Assembly: GCA_000008885.1 (NCBI GenBank)
Contig: BA000021.3
Coordinates: forward strand, 480,001-512,000
Source: Wigglesworthia glossinidia endosymbiont of Glossina brevipalpis
GTDB lineage: Bacteria; Pseudomonadota; Gammaproteobacteria; Enterobacterales; Enterobacteriaceae
DNA: 32,000 bases
Direction of reading: 5' to 3'
A model generated the notes under the pieces. That model was not told the DNA's origin and made no database searches. It was given only the letters and a program-made list of their open reading frames with translations. Positions 10,750 through 20,582 of this stretch are shown here, in pieces. Made by a program: the position numbers and the translations under genes. How positions within the stretch are numbered: position 1 is the stretch's first letter; each line of letters opens with the position of its first letter.

Positions 10750-11723
10750 AATTAATTTAATTTAAATAAATTTATAAAAACTAAATTTTATATAATAACT
10801 TAAATTTTTTTAAAAATTTAATTTAAAAACATATATAAAATTTTAAAAAACATTAATTTTAATTAATAAAACAAAATAAAATTTTAAAATTAAAATACTA
10901 TTAAAAATAAAATTTTTAAAATAATTAAAATCATTAAAAAAATATTTTTTAAAAAGTTTAATATAAATAAATACTAAAAAATTGATATATAAAAACAAAA
11001 TTATATATATTTAAATTATTTTATTACAAAATTTTTATATTTTAATAATAAAAATATTATATTTAATAATAATTTAATAAAAAGATATAAAAATAACTTT
11101 ACTTATAATAATATATACATTTAAAAAATTTAAAATTTAAATAATACATGGTTTTAATTTTAAAATAATATATTTGTAATTATTATATAATTTAATCAAT
11201 AAAATTAATTTATCAACTATTATACTATATTTTGTTTAAAATATTTTTAATATATTTTATAATAAACATGTTTAATAAATTTTATTAAAATAAAAATAAT
11301 TTTATAAAACACGTTAAACAAAAATAATAAAATATAAAAAATATAATTAAAAATTTTTAAATTAAAATTTTTATTAAAATTATAAAAAATTTAATTTTTT
11401 TTATTGTTTATAAAATAATATTATGTTTAATCATTATTAAAAAATAAAATATAAGAATATTTTTAAATTTATTTAATTTCAAAAAATTGAATTATAAAAA
11501 CAGATTTTTAAAATTAATAAATTTTAAACAGCCATATAAAAAATTATTAAAAAATAAAATAAAAACGAAGTCAATAAGAGTATTAAAAATAAAATTACTA
11601 AATGTTTTATGTTATTTTTTTGTTTATGATTTAATTATTATATTTAATAAATTTAAAAATATTAAATATGAAATACATTTTTGTATTATCAAATCTTAAA
11701 TTTCTTTAAATAAAAATTTATTT
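10750..11723. other. Very AT-rich non-coding stretch (intergenic desert) between fldA and mscM
   Basis: No ORF with recognisable protein features; hand count of G+C over 10861-11100 gives about 10/240 nt (about 4%). Confidence 0.8.
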
Positions 11724-14700
11724 TTATTTATTTTCTTTATGCATTTGAAAAATAGGTGAAGGTAATTTAATTCTATTTTCTCTGTAAGAATCTAAAACTA
11801 ACTTGTGAACTTGATGTCTTAATGGCATTCTATGACTCATTTCAGCTGCATATGTTCTTAATTCAAATAAAGGTAGTCCTTTTTGTATATCAACTAAAAA
11901 TGCTTCTGGTGTAGGAAAGTCTAGCACTAAGGGGCATTTGCTTGCTGCTTTTACTAAAATTTTTGATATATTTTCAATATTAGATTCTTTTGGAGCAGGT
12001 ATATATAATACCACTCTAGTAACCGTATCTGATAAAGACCAGTTAACAAACTGTTCTGTTATAAAAGCTTTATTTGGTACAATAATTTCTTTTCTATCCC
12101 AATCAGTAATAGTTGTAGCTCTTGTATTTATTTTTGTTACGCTTCCAGTTAAACTCCTAATAGTCACAGTATCTCCTATTCTTATTGGTTTTTCAAACAA
12201 AATAATTAATCCAGAAACAAAATTTGCAAAAATTTCTTGTAATCCAAATCCTAATCCTACTCCTAAAGCTGCTGCTAACCATTGAAATTTAGACCATTCA
12301 ATACCAACAACAGAAAATCCTATTAATCCTCCTAATAACATTAATCCATATTTAGTTAAGGTGGTTACAGCATATCCAGTACCTGGAGTTAGATTTAAAT
12401 GCTGTAATAAAGCAAGTTCTAATAACGCTGGTAAATTCCTAACCATTTGAGTAGTAACTATTAAAATTAAAATTGCTATTATGATTGAATTTAAATTAAT
12501 TGGATGTAAATTATTTACTCCTTGTACTGTTGAAGTAGAATCCCAAAGAGTAATATTTTCTAAAAAAGAAAATGCTGAATGCAATTCAGACCATAAAAAA
12601 ATTACAGATAACAATGCTATTAAAGTAAGTATAGAACGTACTAATTGTAAAGATTTTGCACTTATAGTATCTAAATCTAGAACTTTATTATCTACTTCTG
12701 CAGCTACTTCATTTAATTGAGATGCAGATAAAGTTTCTTCTTCATTATTTCTTGCGCGTTGAGCTAACATTTCTGCTCTACGTTGTTTTGCTCTTTCAAA
12801 CGCTATTCTTCGTCTTTGTATAAACATCCACCTTTTAATGACATGGTATATGATCAACAAAAAGAACCAAATAGTTAAAGATTTTTCTAATCTTGCTAAA
12901 AGAGCTTGAGAAGTAGAAAAATATCCAAGAGAAGAAAAAATTATTGCAATTATTGGTGCGAAAATCATAAAATTCCAAAAAGAACGATTAATAATGTTAT
13001 CATTTGATTCTTTATCATCTAGATATAATATTAATCCTGATTTTTTTAGACTATTAGTAACTAAAGATAGACATATACATAATAATATAAAACATAATCT
13101 TCCAATGTTAGAAATTAATTCTCTATCGCTATAATTATTTATAGTAATAATTATAGTTATTAGAGGTACTATCATAAAAATAGATAATGTATGATAACTT
13201 AACGCAAGTTTTACTTGTTCTATTTTCCATCCAAAATGGACTACAAATAATCCTTTTGGTAAAGAAAATAATGAAAATAGCAAAAATGTCCATAATACTG
13301 GAAATGTTGAAATCATACCATAACCAATAGATATTGATATTGGAAAAGGCCAAGAATGATAAAATCCATATCCAAAAGAAGCCCATAAAATGGGGCTAGA
13401 AGATGAAATTAAAATAGACCATAATACATTTTTTAATGTAATAAAAAACCTATCTTGGTTAACTTTTCCTACTTGTATGCTAGACCTTTCTAAAAAAGAA
13501 ATATACCTTTTTCTAGAACTTATACTAAAACCAAAAAATAAAAAAGATATAATTATTAATATCAAAGTATTTCTACTTGTTAACATCATTTGAAATGAGC
13601 TATATAATTGGTTTAATAAATATCCATTAGTTAATTCTTTTATATTTTTTATTATAAAAAGCAAACAAGATAAGTTTAATGGATTAGTATCTGCTACCCA
13701 AAACAAATATTTATGTGACGCTTCATTAACTTCTTTTATATATTTTTCAAGTTGATTATAAATAACTTTTAATTTTGTAAGTTCTAAAATTTGAGTATCA
13801 CATCCAATTAATAATGATTCTAATAAATTGTTTTTTATTGCAAGTTGCTCTTCTAATATTTTTAATTGATTTTTTTCTAAATTATAAAAAATATTTTTTT
13901 TATTAGATTTGTCTAAATACAATTTATTTATTAAATCTTCAAAAAACAATCTTTTCAAACGTATTTTTATCATATTACTATTAATTATTTGATACTTAGG
14001 AATATCTGGAAGTTTAGATACTTGAGATCTCAATGTTTCTCCTAAAATAGGAGATTCATCTAACCATTGAGATTGTTCTGTTATTGCATTTAATACATTA
14101 CGAACTTGTAATATTTGTTTAGTAGCTTGACTTTGTTTTAATGTTATTAAGTCTATTTCTTTAGATTGTTGATTCAATAAAATTGATAAATCATAATTTT
14201 TTTTAAATTGTGATATAATTACATTTGGTAAACTTCCAATTTGTTTTTCTATTTTTTCCACATTATATAATGCTTTTTCTGTTTCTTGTTTTCTTAAAAA
14301 ATATAAATTATTTTTTATTATTTGAATATCTTGATCGATATCATTGTATTGTTTTTTTAAAAGATCTATTCGTAATCTAATAATTTCTTGTCTATAATTT
14401 GCACTAAGTTGCTCTAAATATAATTCTTCTATTTTTAATTTTTTTGAAACTTTTTTCATTTTTAGCGCAGTAAATTTAGACTTTTCTTCAATAGAATTTG
14501 TTTTAGGTAAAATTTTAATATTATTTTCAATATCGTTGAGTTCTTTTTTTGTTTCTTCTTGAAGACCAGTAATTGTTGATATTGAATCAGATATCATTAT
14601 TGCTTTATCTTGTTCTTGATTTAATTGATTTGCTAAAATTATCAAATGATTATTTGCTTGTAATAGTTTTTGATTAATCTCTTTAGATGAAGAATTAGAG

Positions 14701-14987
14701 TTATAATTTTTATAATTAAATTTTTTTGTTTTTTTTTCTTCTTGAATTTTGCCTGACAAAATTGGAAATTCTTCAATAATTTTTCTATATTCTTTAATTT
14801 TTTTTTCAGATAATTTGCTATCTTCTATAAAAGATAGAGCTGATTTTAAATATTCAATAGCATCCAATTTATGTAAATCTACATTATTTTGAATATTATT
14901 TATATCCTGCCTAATTTTCTCTTCTTCAAAATAAATATTAGTGTATGCCTTAAATGAAAAAAAAATAAAAAAAATTATTATATGCAA
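11724..14987 (-). CDS. mscM: Large mechanosensitive channel of the KefA/MscK-MscM (YjeP) family
   Basis: 1087 aa; long periplasmic coiled-coil N-terminal part, many TM segments, MscS core WLAAALGVGLGFGLQEIFANFVSGLIILFEKPIRIGDTVTI and NKAFITEQFVNWS; located directly downstream of psd as in E. coli. Confidence 0.93.
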   Translation of the reverse strand: MHIIIFFIFFSFKAYTNIYFEEEKIRQDINNIQNNVDLHKLDAIEYLKSALSFIEDSKLSEKKIKEYRKIIEEFPILSGKIQEEKKTKKFNYKNYNSNSSSKEINQKLLQANNHLIILANQLNQEQDKAIMISDSISTITGLQEETKKELNDIENNIKILPKTNSIEEKSKFTALKMKKVSKKLKIEELYLEQLSANYRQEIIRLRIDLLKKQYNDIDQDIQIIKNNLYFLRKQETEKALYNVEKIEKQIGSLPNVIISQFKKNYDLSILLNQQSKEIDLITLKQSQATKQILQVRNVLNAITEQSQWLDESPILGETLRSQVSKLPDIPKYQIINSNMIKIRLKRLFFEDLINKLYLDKSNKKNIFYNLEKNQLKILEEQLAIKNNLLESLLIGCDTQILELTKLKVIYNQLEKYIKEVNEASHKYLFWVADTNPLNLSCLLFIIKNIKELTNGYLLNQLYSSFQMMLTSRNTLILIIISFLFFGFSISSRKRYISFLERSSIQVGKVNQDRFFITLKNVLWSILISSSSPILWASFGYGFYHSWPFPISISIGYGMISTFPVLWTFLLFSLFSLPKGLFVVHFGWKIEQVKLALSYHTLSIFMIVPLITIIITINNYSDRELISNIGRLCFILLCICLSLVTNSLKKSGLILYLDDKESNDNIINRSFWNFMIFAPIIAIIFSSLGYFSTSQALLARLEKSLTIWFFLLIIYHVIKRWMFIQRRRIAFERAKQRRAEMLAQRARNNEEETLSASQLNEVAAEVDNKVLDLDTISAKSLQLVRSILTLIALLSVIFLWSELHSAFSFLENITLWDSTSTVQGVNNLHPINLNSIIIAILILIVTTQMVRNLPALLELALLQHLNLTPGTGYAVTTLTKYGLMLLGGLIGFSVVGIEWSKFQWLAAALGVGLGFGLQEIFANFVSGLIILFEKPIRIGDTVTIRSLTGSVTKINTRATTITDWDRKEIIVPNKAFITEQFVNWSLSDTVTRVVLYIPAPKESNIENISKILVKAASKCPLVLDFPTPEAFLVDIQKGLPLFELRTYAAEMSHRMPLRHQVHKLVLDSYRENRIKLPSPIFQMHKENK

Positions 14988-15014
14988 AATATTTTCTCTT
15001 AAATATACTTGTGC

Positions 15015-15878
15015 TTATTTCACATTTTGAATTCCATAAGCTAACACATCTCCTACTCTAACTTCTTTGTAATTACTTAAATTTTCTTTTATTAAAATAT
15101 TTTTCTTAGAAAATAAAGTTATAACAGTAGATCCAAGGGTAAAAAATCCCATTTCATCCCCTTTTTTTAAAAAAATGGGTTTATTGTTGGAATTAATATT
15201 ATATTTCCATAATTTTATTATTCCATCTCTTTTATAATTTATCTTTCCATACCAAGATGTTGAAATTGTTCCAGAAATTATAGATCCTACAAGTATTTGT
15301 ATCATATATCCAAAATTTGTTTTAAATAAACAAATTACTCTTTCATTTTTAGAAAAAATATTTGAAATATTTTTATAAAATTTTAAATTAACAGAAAAAA
15401 GTTGTCCTGGAACATATATCATCTTTATTAAAGATCCATCACAAGGCATATGAATTCTATGATAATTTTTAGGAGACAAATAAGTAGTAAAAAATATCCC
15501 ATGCTGAAATATATCTATCATGGTCTCGTTTTGAGCTAATAAAGATTTTAAAGTATAATTATGATTTTTTAATTGTAATTTTTCTGTATTCTCAATATAT
15601 CCAAAATTTGTAATTATTCCATCTGCAGGACAAATTATAATTGAAGGATCATAATCAATTCTTCTGCAATCTATTTTAATTCTTCTAGAAAAGAAATCAT
15701 TAAATGTATTATATGATTTTATATCTTTTGTTTTTATTTCTTTTAAGTTAATTTTATAAATTTTTATAAAAAATAAAATAATCCAATATGTTATTATTCC
15801 TGCTTTTTTTTCTGCCAACCATCCAAAAAATTTAGTTATTAACATTTTAGGTAAATAATATTGTAATTTAGTTTTCAT
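15015..15878 (-). CDS. psd: Phosphatidylserine decarboxylase proenzyme
   Basis: 287 aa; YNTFNDFFSR, HRIHMPCDG, pyruvoyl self-cleavage motif LGST (GFFTLGSTVITLF). Confidence 0.95.
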   Translation of the reverse strand: MKTKLQYYLPKMLITKFFGWLAEKKAGIITYWIILFFIKIYKINLKEIKTKDIKSYNTFNDFFSRRIKIDCRRIDYDPSIIICPADGIITNFGYIENTEKLQLKNHNYTLKSLLAQNETMIDIFQHGIFFTTYLSPKNYHRIHMPCDGSLIKMIYVPGQLFSVNLKFYKNISNIFSKNERVICLFKTNFGYMIQILVGSIISGTISTSWYGKINYKRDGIIKLWKYNINSNNKPIFLKKGDEMGFFTLGSTVITLFSKKNILIKENLSNYKEVRVGDVLAYGIQNVK

Positions 15879-16136
15879 AAAATGAAATTATTCCTTATAG
15901 TTAAAACATTAATTAATAATATTATATATATTTTGATTTTTATTAATATAATATTATTTTATTATATATAAATTTTATAATTTAATATATTGTTATTATT
16001 AATATTTAAAAATATTAATTTAAAAAAATTTAATATTTTAAATTTATGAAATTAATATTATACTTTTTAATAAATTATATATTTTATTAATATAATCTGA
16101 TATAATTTATTAAATAAAAATTTAATAATATTTATC

Positions 16137-16697
16137 ATGAATCATACTCCTATTTTAAATAAAAAAAACTTAATTTGGATAGATCTAGAAATGACTGGTC
16201 TAAATTTAGAAAACGATAGAATTATAGAAATAGCAACAGTAATAACTGATAAATATGTAAAAATTTTAGCAGAAGGTCCATCTATAGCAATATTTCAAAG
16301 CGAAGAACAATTGAAAAAAATGAATTCTTGGAATATTTTTACACATACTAAAAATGGACTAATAGATAGAGTAAGAAAAAGCAAATATAATGAAAAAAAT
16401 GCTATGATTGATACATTAAAATTTATTTCTTCGTGGGTACCTTTTGGAAAATCTCCAATATGTGGAAGTAGTATAAATCATGATCGTCTTTTCTTATCCA
16501 AATATATGCCTGATTTAGAAAAATATTTTCATTATCGTTGTTTAGACGTAAGCGTTATAAAAGAATTAGCTAGAAGGTGGAAGCCTAAAATTTTATCTAA
16601 ACTAAAGAAAAAACATACTCATAAAGCTCTAGACGATATAAAAGATTCTATTAAAGAGCTTCTCTTTTATAAAGATACTTTTATTAAGTTAAATTAA
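16137..16697 (+). CDS. orn: Oligoribonuclease
   Basis: 186 aa; [53 protein letters not shown]-like motif ([19 protein letters not shown]), [11 protein letters not shown]: DEDD exonuclease family; divergent from psd as in E. coli (rsgA missing). Confidence 0.96.
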   Translation: MNHTPILNKKNLIWIDLEMTGLNLENDRIIEIATVITDKYVKILAEGPSIAIFQSEEQLKKMNSWNIFTHTKNGLIDRVRKSKYNEKNAMIDTLKFISSWVPFGKSPICGSSINHDRLFLSKYMPDLEKYFHYRCLDVSVIKELARRWKPKILSKLKKKHTHKALDDIKDSIKELLFYKDTFIKLN

Positions 16698-16749
16698 TTT
16701 TAATTTATAAAGTTTTTTATTAATGTAAATAATAATTAGAAATAAAATT

Positions 16750-17409
16750 CTAGTTTTTTTTTATATATAAATAAAATAAATAAATTATACTAAATAATAT
16801 TATTATTAATTGAAAAATACAAAAGAAAATGATTAATACATTTTCATATTTTTGAAAAAAAGATATTTTACCTAACAAAAATCCTGTAAATGTTAAAACA
16901 AATATCCAAACAAAAGAACTAACAACATTAAAAAAAAAGAATTTAATTTTATTTAATCTAAAAAGTCCAAATATTATAGGCAATATAGTCCTTATAAACA
17001 CTAAAAATCTTCCTATAAATAATGAAATAAATCCATGAATATGAAATATTTTATAAGCTTTATTGAAATATTTAGAAGAAAATTTTTTTATTAATGAATT
17101 AAAAAATTTATTTTTTTTTAACCATTTGCCTTGCAAATAACCAATCCAACTACCTATGCTGGCTGATATTGTTAATGAAAAAATTAAAAAATAGAAATTA
17201 ATAATATTTTTTGAAACTAAAATGCCTAATAAAATTAATAAACTATCTCCAGGCAAAAATGATAATATCAATAATCCATTTTCTAAAATAATAATAATAC
17301 AAGAGATGAAATAAATTAACCAAATAATATTATTTTGAGATAAAAATTCTAAATTTTTATCCAATAAAGCTTTATATAGTTCTTTTATAGATTCCATAAT
17401 ATTTCTCAA
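16750..17409 (-). CDS. DedA family inner-membrane protein, most like YqjA/YghB
   Basis: 219 aa; ENGLLILSFLPGDSLLILLG, WIGYLQGKWL, GRFLVFIRTILPIIFGL match the YqjA/YghB subgroup. Confidence 0.88.
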   Translation of the reverse strand: MRNIMESIKELYKALLDKNLEFLSQNNIIWLIYFISCIIIILENGLLILSFLPGDSLLILLGILVSKNIINFYFLIFSLTISASIGSWIGYLQGKWLKKNKFFNSLIKKFSSKYFNKAYKIFHIHGFISLFIGRFLVFIRTILPIIFGLFRLNKIKFFFFNVVSSFVWIFVLTFTGFLLGKISFFQKYENVLIIFFCIFQLIIILFSIIYLFYLYIKKN

Positions 17410-17547
17410 AATATTTAATAATAAAAAGAAATAGTTAGTGTTTATTTTTTTTAATATTTAAGTTATTTTATTTTAATAAATTGTTTAAAATTAAATTATT
17501 TAATATTAATAGTTTATTAATTGATTTTTAGAAAATTATGTTTTTAT

Positions 17548-18735
17548 TTAAAAAATATTTAAATATCTATTAAACAGAATGTTTTTTATTATTCTTTTTT
17601 TAAAAAAAGGAAATCTTTCTATTATAGATAATCCTAAATTTCTTATTATAATAATTAAAGGAATTTTGCTAGAAAATAAATTAATAAGAGATTCTGTCAT
17701 AAAAATTGTATTTTTTTGATCTTTTTTTCTTTTATTTTGGTACTTAATTAAAACATCATAATTTCCATAATCTATCTTTTTTTCAAAAGAGTCTATTAAT
17801 ATGTTAGATAGATCTATAACATCTCTCATTCCTAAATTTAATCCTTGACCTGCTATAGGATGTATAATTTGAGCAGCATTTCCAATAAGAGCTAACCTAT
17901 GAGAAATATGATTTTCATAAGTACTTAGCTTAAGCATATGATACTTTTGTTTCCCAATTAAAGAGATTTTACCCAAATCCCATCCAAATATTTTTTGTAT
18001 TTCTAAAGATAATTTTTTTTTATTTAATGATTTAATATTATCAAAAAATTTTTTCGGAAAACACCAAATTAATGAATTAATATTTTTATGTAATGGTAAT
18101 ATTGCTAAAGATCCATGATTATTGAATTTTTCAAAAGCACAATTTTTATGAAAAAAATCAACATGTATTTTGCTAGACATTGCTATTTGATTGTAAAATA
18201 TAGTTTTTTGGTAAATACTGCATTTTTTAGCTATTTTTGAATTCATTCCATCTGCAACAACTATAAGTTTTGATGTTAATTTTTTTCCATTATTTAATAA
18301 TATAATGTTTTTATTTTTTTCTCTTATTATTTTTTTTGGATAATATGGACAATATAATTTTATATTTCTTTTTTTCTTTAAAATTTTAAATAATAATATT
18401 TTTATTTTTCTTAATTGTATTACATATCCCAAAGAAGATAAAAAAACTTCGCTAGAATTTATTTTAGTTTTTCCAAAAAATTTTTGATCACTAATCTCTA
18501 TAGAATTGATTTTAGTGGAAAAACAAGAAAAATATTTCCAAATTCCAAACTTTTTAAGTATATTTTTTGTATGATAAGAAATTGCAACTGATTGATCATT
18601 ATTTATTTTTTTTTTTAAATTTGAAATATCATTAATTTCTACTAAATTAATTTTAATTTTATTTTTGCTTAAATTTGACAAAGCTAAAGAAAAAACTAAT
18701 CCAATTATTCCTCCACCTACGACAATTATTTTCAT
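17548..18735 (-). CDS. ubiH: 2-octaprenyl-6-methoxyphenol hydroxylase (FAD monooxygenase)
   Basis: 395 aa; N-terminal IIVVGGGIIGLVFSLALS, LVVADGMNSKIAKKC, LALIGNAAQIIHPIAGQGLNLGMRDVIDLS; other segments (HGSLAILPL..SLIWCFP, FGWDLGKISLIGK) match UbiH rather than UbiI; next to pepP. Confidence 0.88.
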   Translation of the reverse strand: MKIIVVGGGIIGLVFSLALSNLSKNKIKINLVEINDISNLKKKINNDQSVAISYHTKNILKKFGIWKYFSCFSTKINSIEISDQKFFGKTKINSSEVFLSSLGYVIQLRKIKILLFKILKKKRNIKLYCPYYPKKIIREKNKNIILLNNGKKLTSKLIVVADGMNSKIAKKCSIYQKTIFYNQIAMSSKIHVDFFHKNCAFEKFNNHGSLAILPLHKNINSLIWCFPKKFFDNIKSLNKKKLSLEIQKIFGWDLGKISLIGKQKYHMLKLSTYENHISHRLALIGNAAQIIHPIAGQGLNLGMRDVIDLSNILIDSFEKKIDYGNYDVLIKYQNKRKKDQKNTIFMTESLINLFSSKIPLIIIIRNLGLSIIERFPFFKKRIIKNILFNRYLNIF

Positions 18736-18739
18736 AATA

Positions 18740-20053
18740 TTATTTATTTTTTTTCATTAAATTTTCTATTTCTATTGATTTTCTAACAATATCTTTTGTT
18801 AAATTTATATTACCTTTTTTAGTAATCAGTATATTATCTTCTATTCTTATACCTATACCTTGATAGGGTGATTTAATTTTTTTATTTATAGGTATATAAA
18901 TACCTGGTTCTATTGCTATTGTCATTCCGCTTTTTAAATAAAAATTTTTATTATTTATTAAATAATCCGAAGTATCATGAACATCTAATCCTATAAAATG
19001 AAATAATTTGTGCATAAAATATTTTTTATAAGATTTTTGATATATCAAGTCTTTTATATTCCCAGATAATAATCCAATATGCTTTAATCTTTTTACTAAA
19101 AGATGAATAACTTTATTTTTTATATTTTTTATTTTAGATTTTGGTTTACATAATTTTATAAAAAGATTTAGCATTTCTAATACTACATTATATATTACAA
19201 GTTGTTCTTTAGAAAATTTTCCATTTACTGGGATAGTTCTAGTGACATCACTAGCATAATTTTTATATTCGCATCCAGCATCTATAAGAACTAATTCTCC
19301 TGATTTCATTTTTCTTTTATTTTCTATATAATGTAAAATACATGTATTAATTCCACTTCCTACAATAATATTGTAGGAATTATCTAAATTTCCATTAATC
19401 AAAAATTCATGTTGAATTTCTGCAGCTAATTCATATTCATATTTTTCTGGTTTGCAATATTTTATTGCTCTGATATGAGCTAATTTTGTCACAAAACAAG
19501 CATGTTTTATTTTACAAATTTCTTCTTTTGACTTTATAAGTCTGATTTTTTGTAAAACTGGGATCAAATCAGAAAAATTATTAGGAGGAGAAAAGTTTTT
19601 ATTAATTATTTTTTTTTTTCTTAATATATTAATAGCCATAAACAATAATTTGTCGTTTTTATCATTAATTCCAAATTGATAATATATAGTATCTAAATTA
19701 TTTAAAATTAAATATAATTTATTGTTGATGTTATTCCAAGAATAAGAATAATCTATTTTTAATAATTTTATAGCTGATTCTTGCCCTATATTATTTTCTC
19801 CCCAAATTTTTTTTAATTCATTCGTATTTTGATTAAATAATATACATTTATTATATTTAATTTGTTTAACTAAAATTAAAAGCGATTTAGGTTCATTAAA
19901 TCCAGTAAGATAAAAAAAATTACTATCTTGTCGATATTTATACTTATTATCAGCATTTCTTATCTTTTCTTCAGCAGAAAATATTATAAAAGCACTTTTT
20001 GGTACCATTTTTTTTATCATTTGTTTTCTTCTAAATACATATTCTTTATTCAT
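18740..20053 (-). CDS. pepP: Xaa-Pro aminopeptidase P
   Basis: ORF spans 18740..20071; the Met at 20053 (MNKEYVFRRKQMIKKM) aligns better with the E. coli start. Metal-binding regions LIDAGCEYKNYASDVTRTIPVNGKF, HKLFHFIGLDVHD, IAIEPGIY, GIGIRIEDN are retained. Confidence 0.93.
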   Translation of the reverse strand: MNKEYVFRRKQMIKKMVPKSAFIIFSAEEKIRNADNKYKYRQDSNFFYLTGFNEPKSLLILVKQIKYNKCILFNQNTNELKKIWGENNIGQESAIKLLKIDYSYSWNNINNKLYLILNNLDTIYYQFGINDKNDKLLFMAINILRKKKIINKNFSPPNNFSDLIPVLQKIRLIKSKEEICKIKHACFVTKLAHIRAIKYCKPEKYEYELAAEIQHEFLINGNLDNSYNIIVGSGINTCILHYIENKRKMKSGELVLIDAGCEYKNYASDVTRTIPVNGKFSKEQLVIYNVVLEMLNLFIKLCKPKSKIKNIKNKVIHLLVKRLKHIGLLSGNIKDLIYQKSYKKYFMHKLFHFIGLDVHDTSDYLINNKNFYLKSGMTIAIEPGIYIPINKKIKSPYQGIGIRIEDNILITKKGNINLTKDIVRKSIEIENLMKKNK

Positions 20054-20197
20054 TTTTTTTAAACAACACATATTTTATTTTTATTTGATAAATTTTAATA
20101 TTTTTATTTTCAAATTATTATTTATATTAAATATTTTTATTTATTTTTAATGTAAAATATATTTTTATATATACATTGAAAATATTGTAGGATAATA

Positions 20198-20536
20198 ATG
20201 AATGAAAAACCAGTAGATATTCAAATATTTGGTAGAACTTTAAGAATTAACTGCCCAGATGAAGAAAAATCATATTTGAAAAAAGCATCAGAAAATCTGG
20301 AAAAAAGATTAATAAATCTAAAAGAAAAAAGCAAAATATCTAATACTGAGCAATTATTATTTATTGCTGCATTAAACATGTGTTATGAGCTTGATAAAGA
20401 AAAAAATAAATTTAAAAAGTATTCTATAAATATAGAAAAATGTATTAAATTATTAAAAAATACAATTAATCAAGCTTTAATTGATAGTAATATTGAAATA
20501 TTAAATAAAAATTCTATTAAAGACGATATTATTTAA
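20198..20536 (+). CDS. zapA: Cell division protein ZapA
   Basis: 112 aa; KPVDIQIFGRTLRINCPDEEKSYLKKASENLEKRL and NTEQLLFIAALNMCYEL closely match E. coli ZapA; divergent from pepP. Confidence 0.92.
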   Translation: MNEKPVDIQIFGRTLRINCPDEEKSYLKKASENLEKRLINLKEKSKISNTEQLLFIAALNMCYELDKEKNKFKKYSINIEKCIKLLKNTINQALIDSNIEILNKNSIKDDII

Positions 20537-20545
20537 TTTAAATTA

Positions 20546-20566
20546 TGGCGCTATAAAATAGCGCCA
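20546..20566. terminator. Bidirectional intrinsic-terminator-like hairpin between convergent zapA and putA
   Basis: TGGCGCTA (20546-20553) / TAAAA loop / TAGCGCCA (20559-20566), 8 bp perfect stem with six G/C pairs, followed by AATATTTTTAATTT; lies 9 nt after zapA stop and 17 nt before the putA 3' end. Confidence 0.75.
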
Positions 20567-20582
20567 AATATTTTTAATTTAT

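Noticed and set aside
10800-11480. Many A/T-only inverted and direct repeats in the desert, and possible origin-like features
   Set aside because: At about 4% GC such repeats are expected by chance; no DnaA-box-like TTATCCACA or CRISPR-like spaced repeats seen.
11938-13593. Several ORFs within mscM (11938-12285 +, 12481-12720 +, 13135-13386 -, 13390-13593 +)
   Set aside because: Overlap the intact MscM coding frame; shadow ORFs caused by low stop density in that frame.
20537-20582. Possible 6S RNA (ssrS) after zapA, as in E. coli
   Set aside because: Only 46 nt separate zapA and the putA 3' end, too short for 6S RNA; only a terminator hairpin is present.
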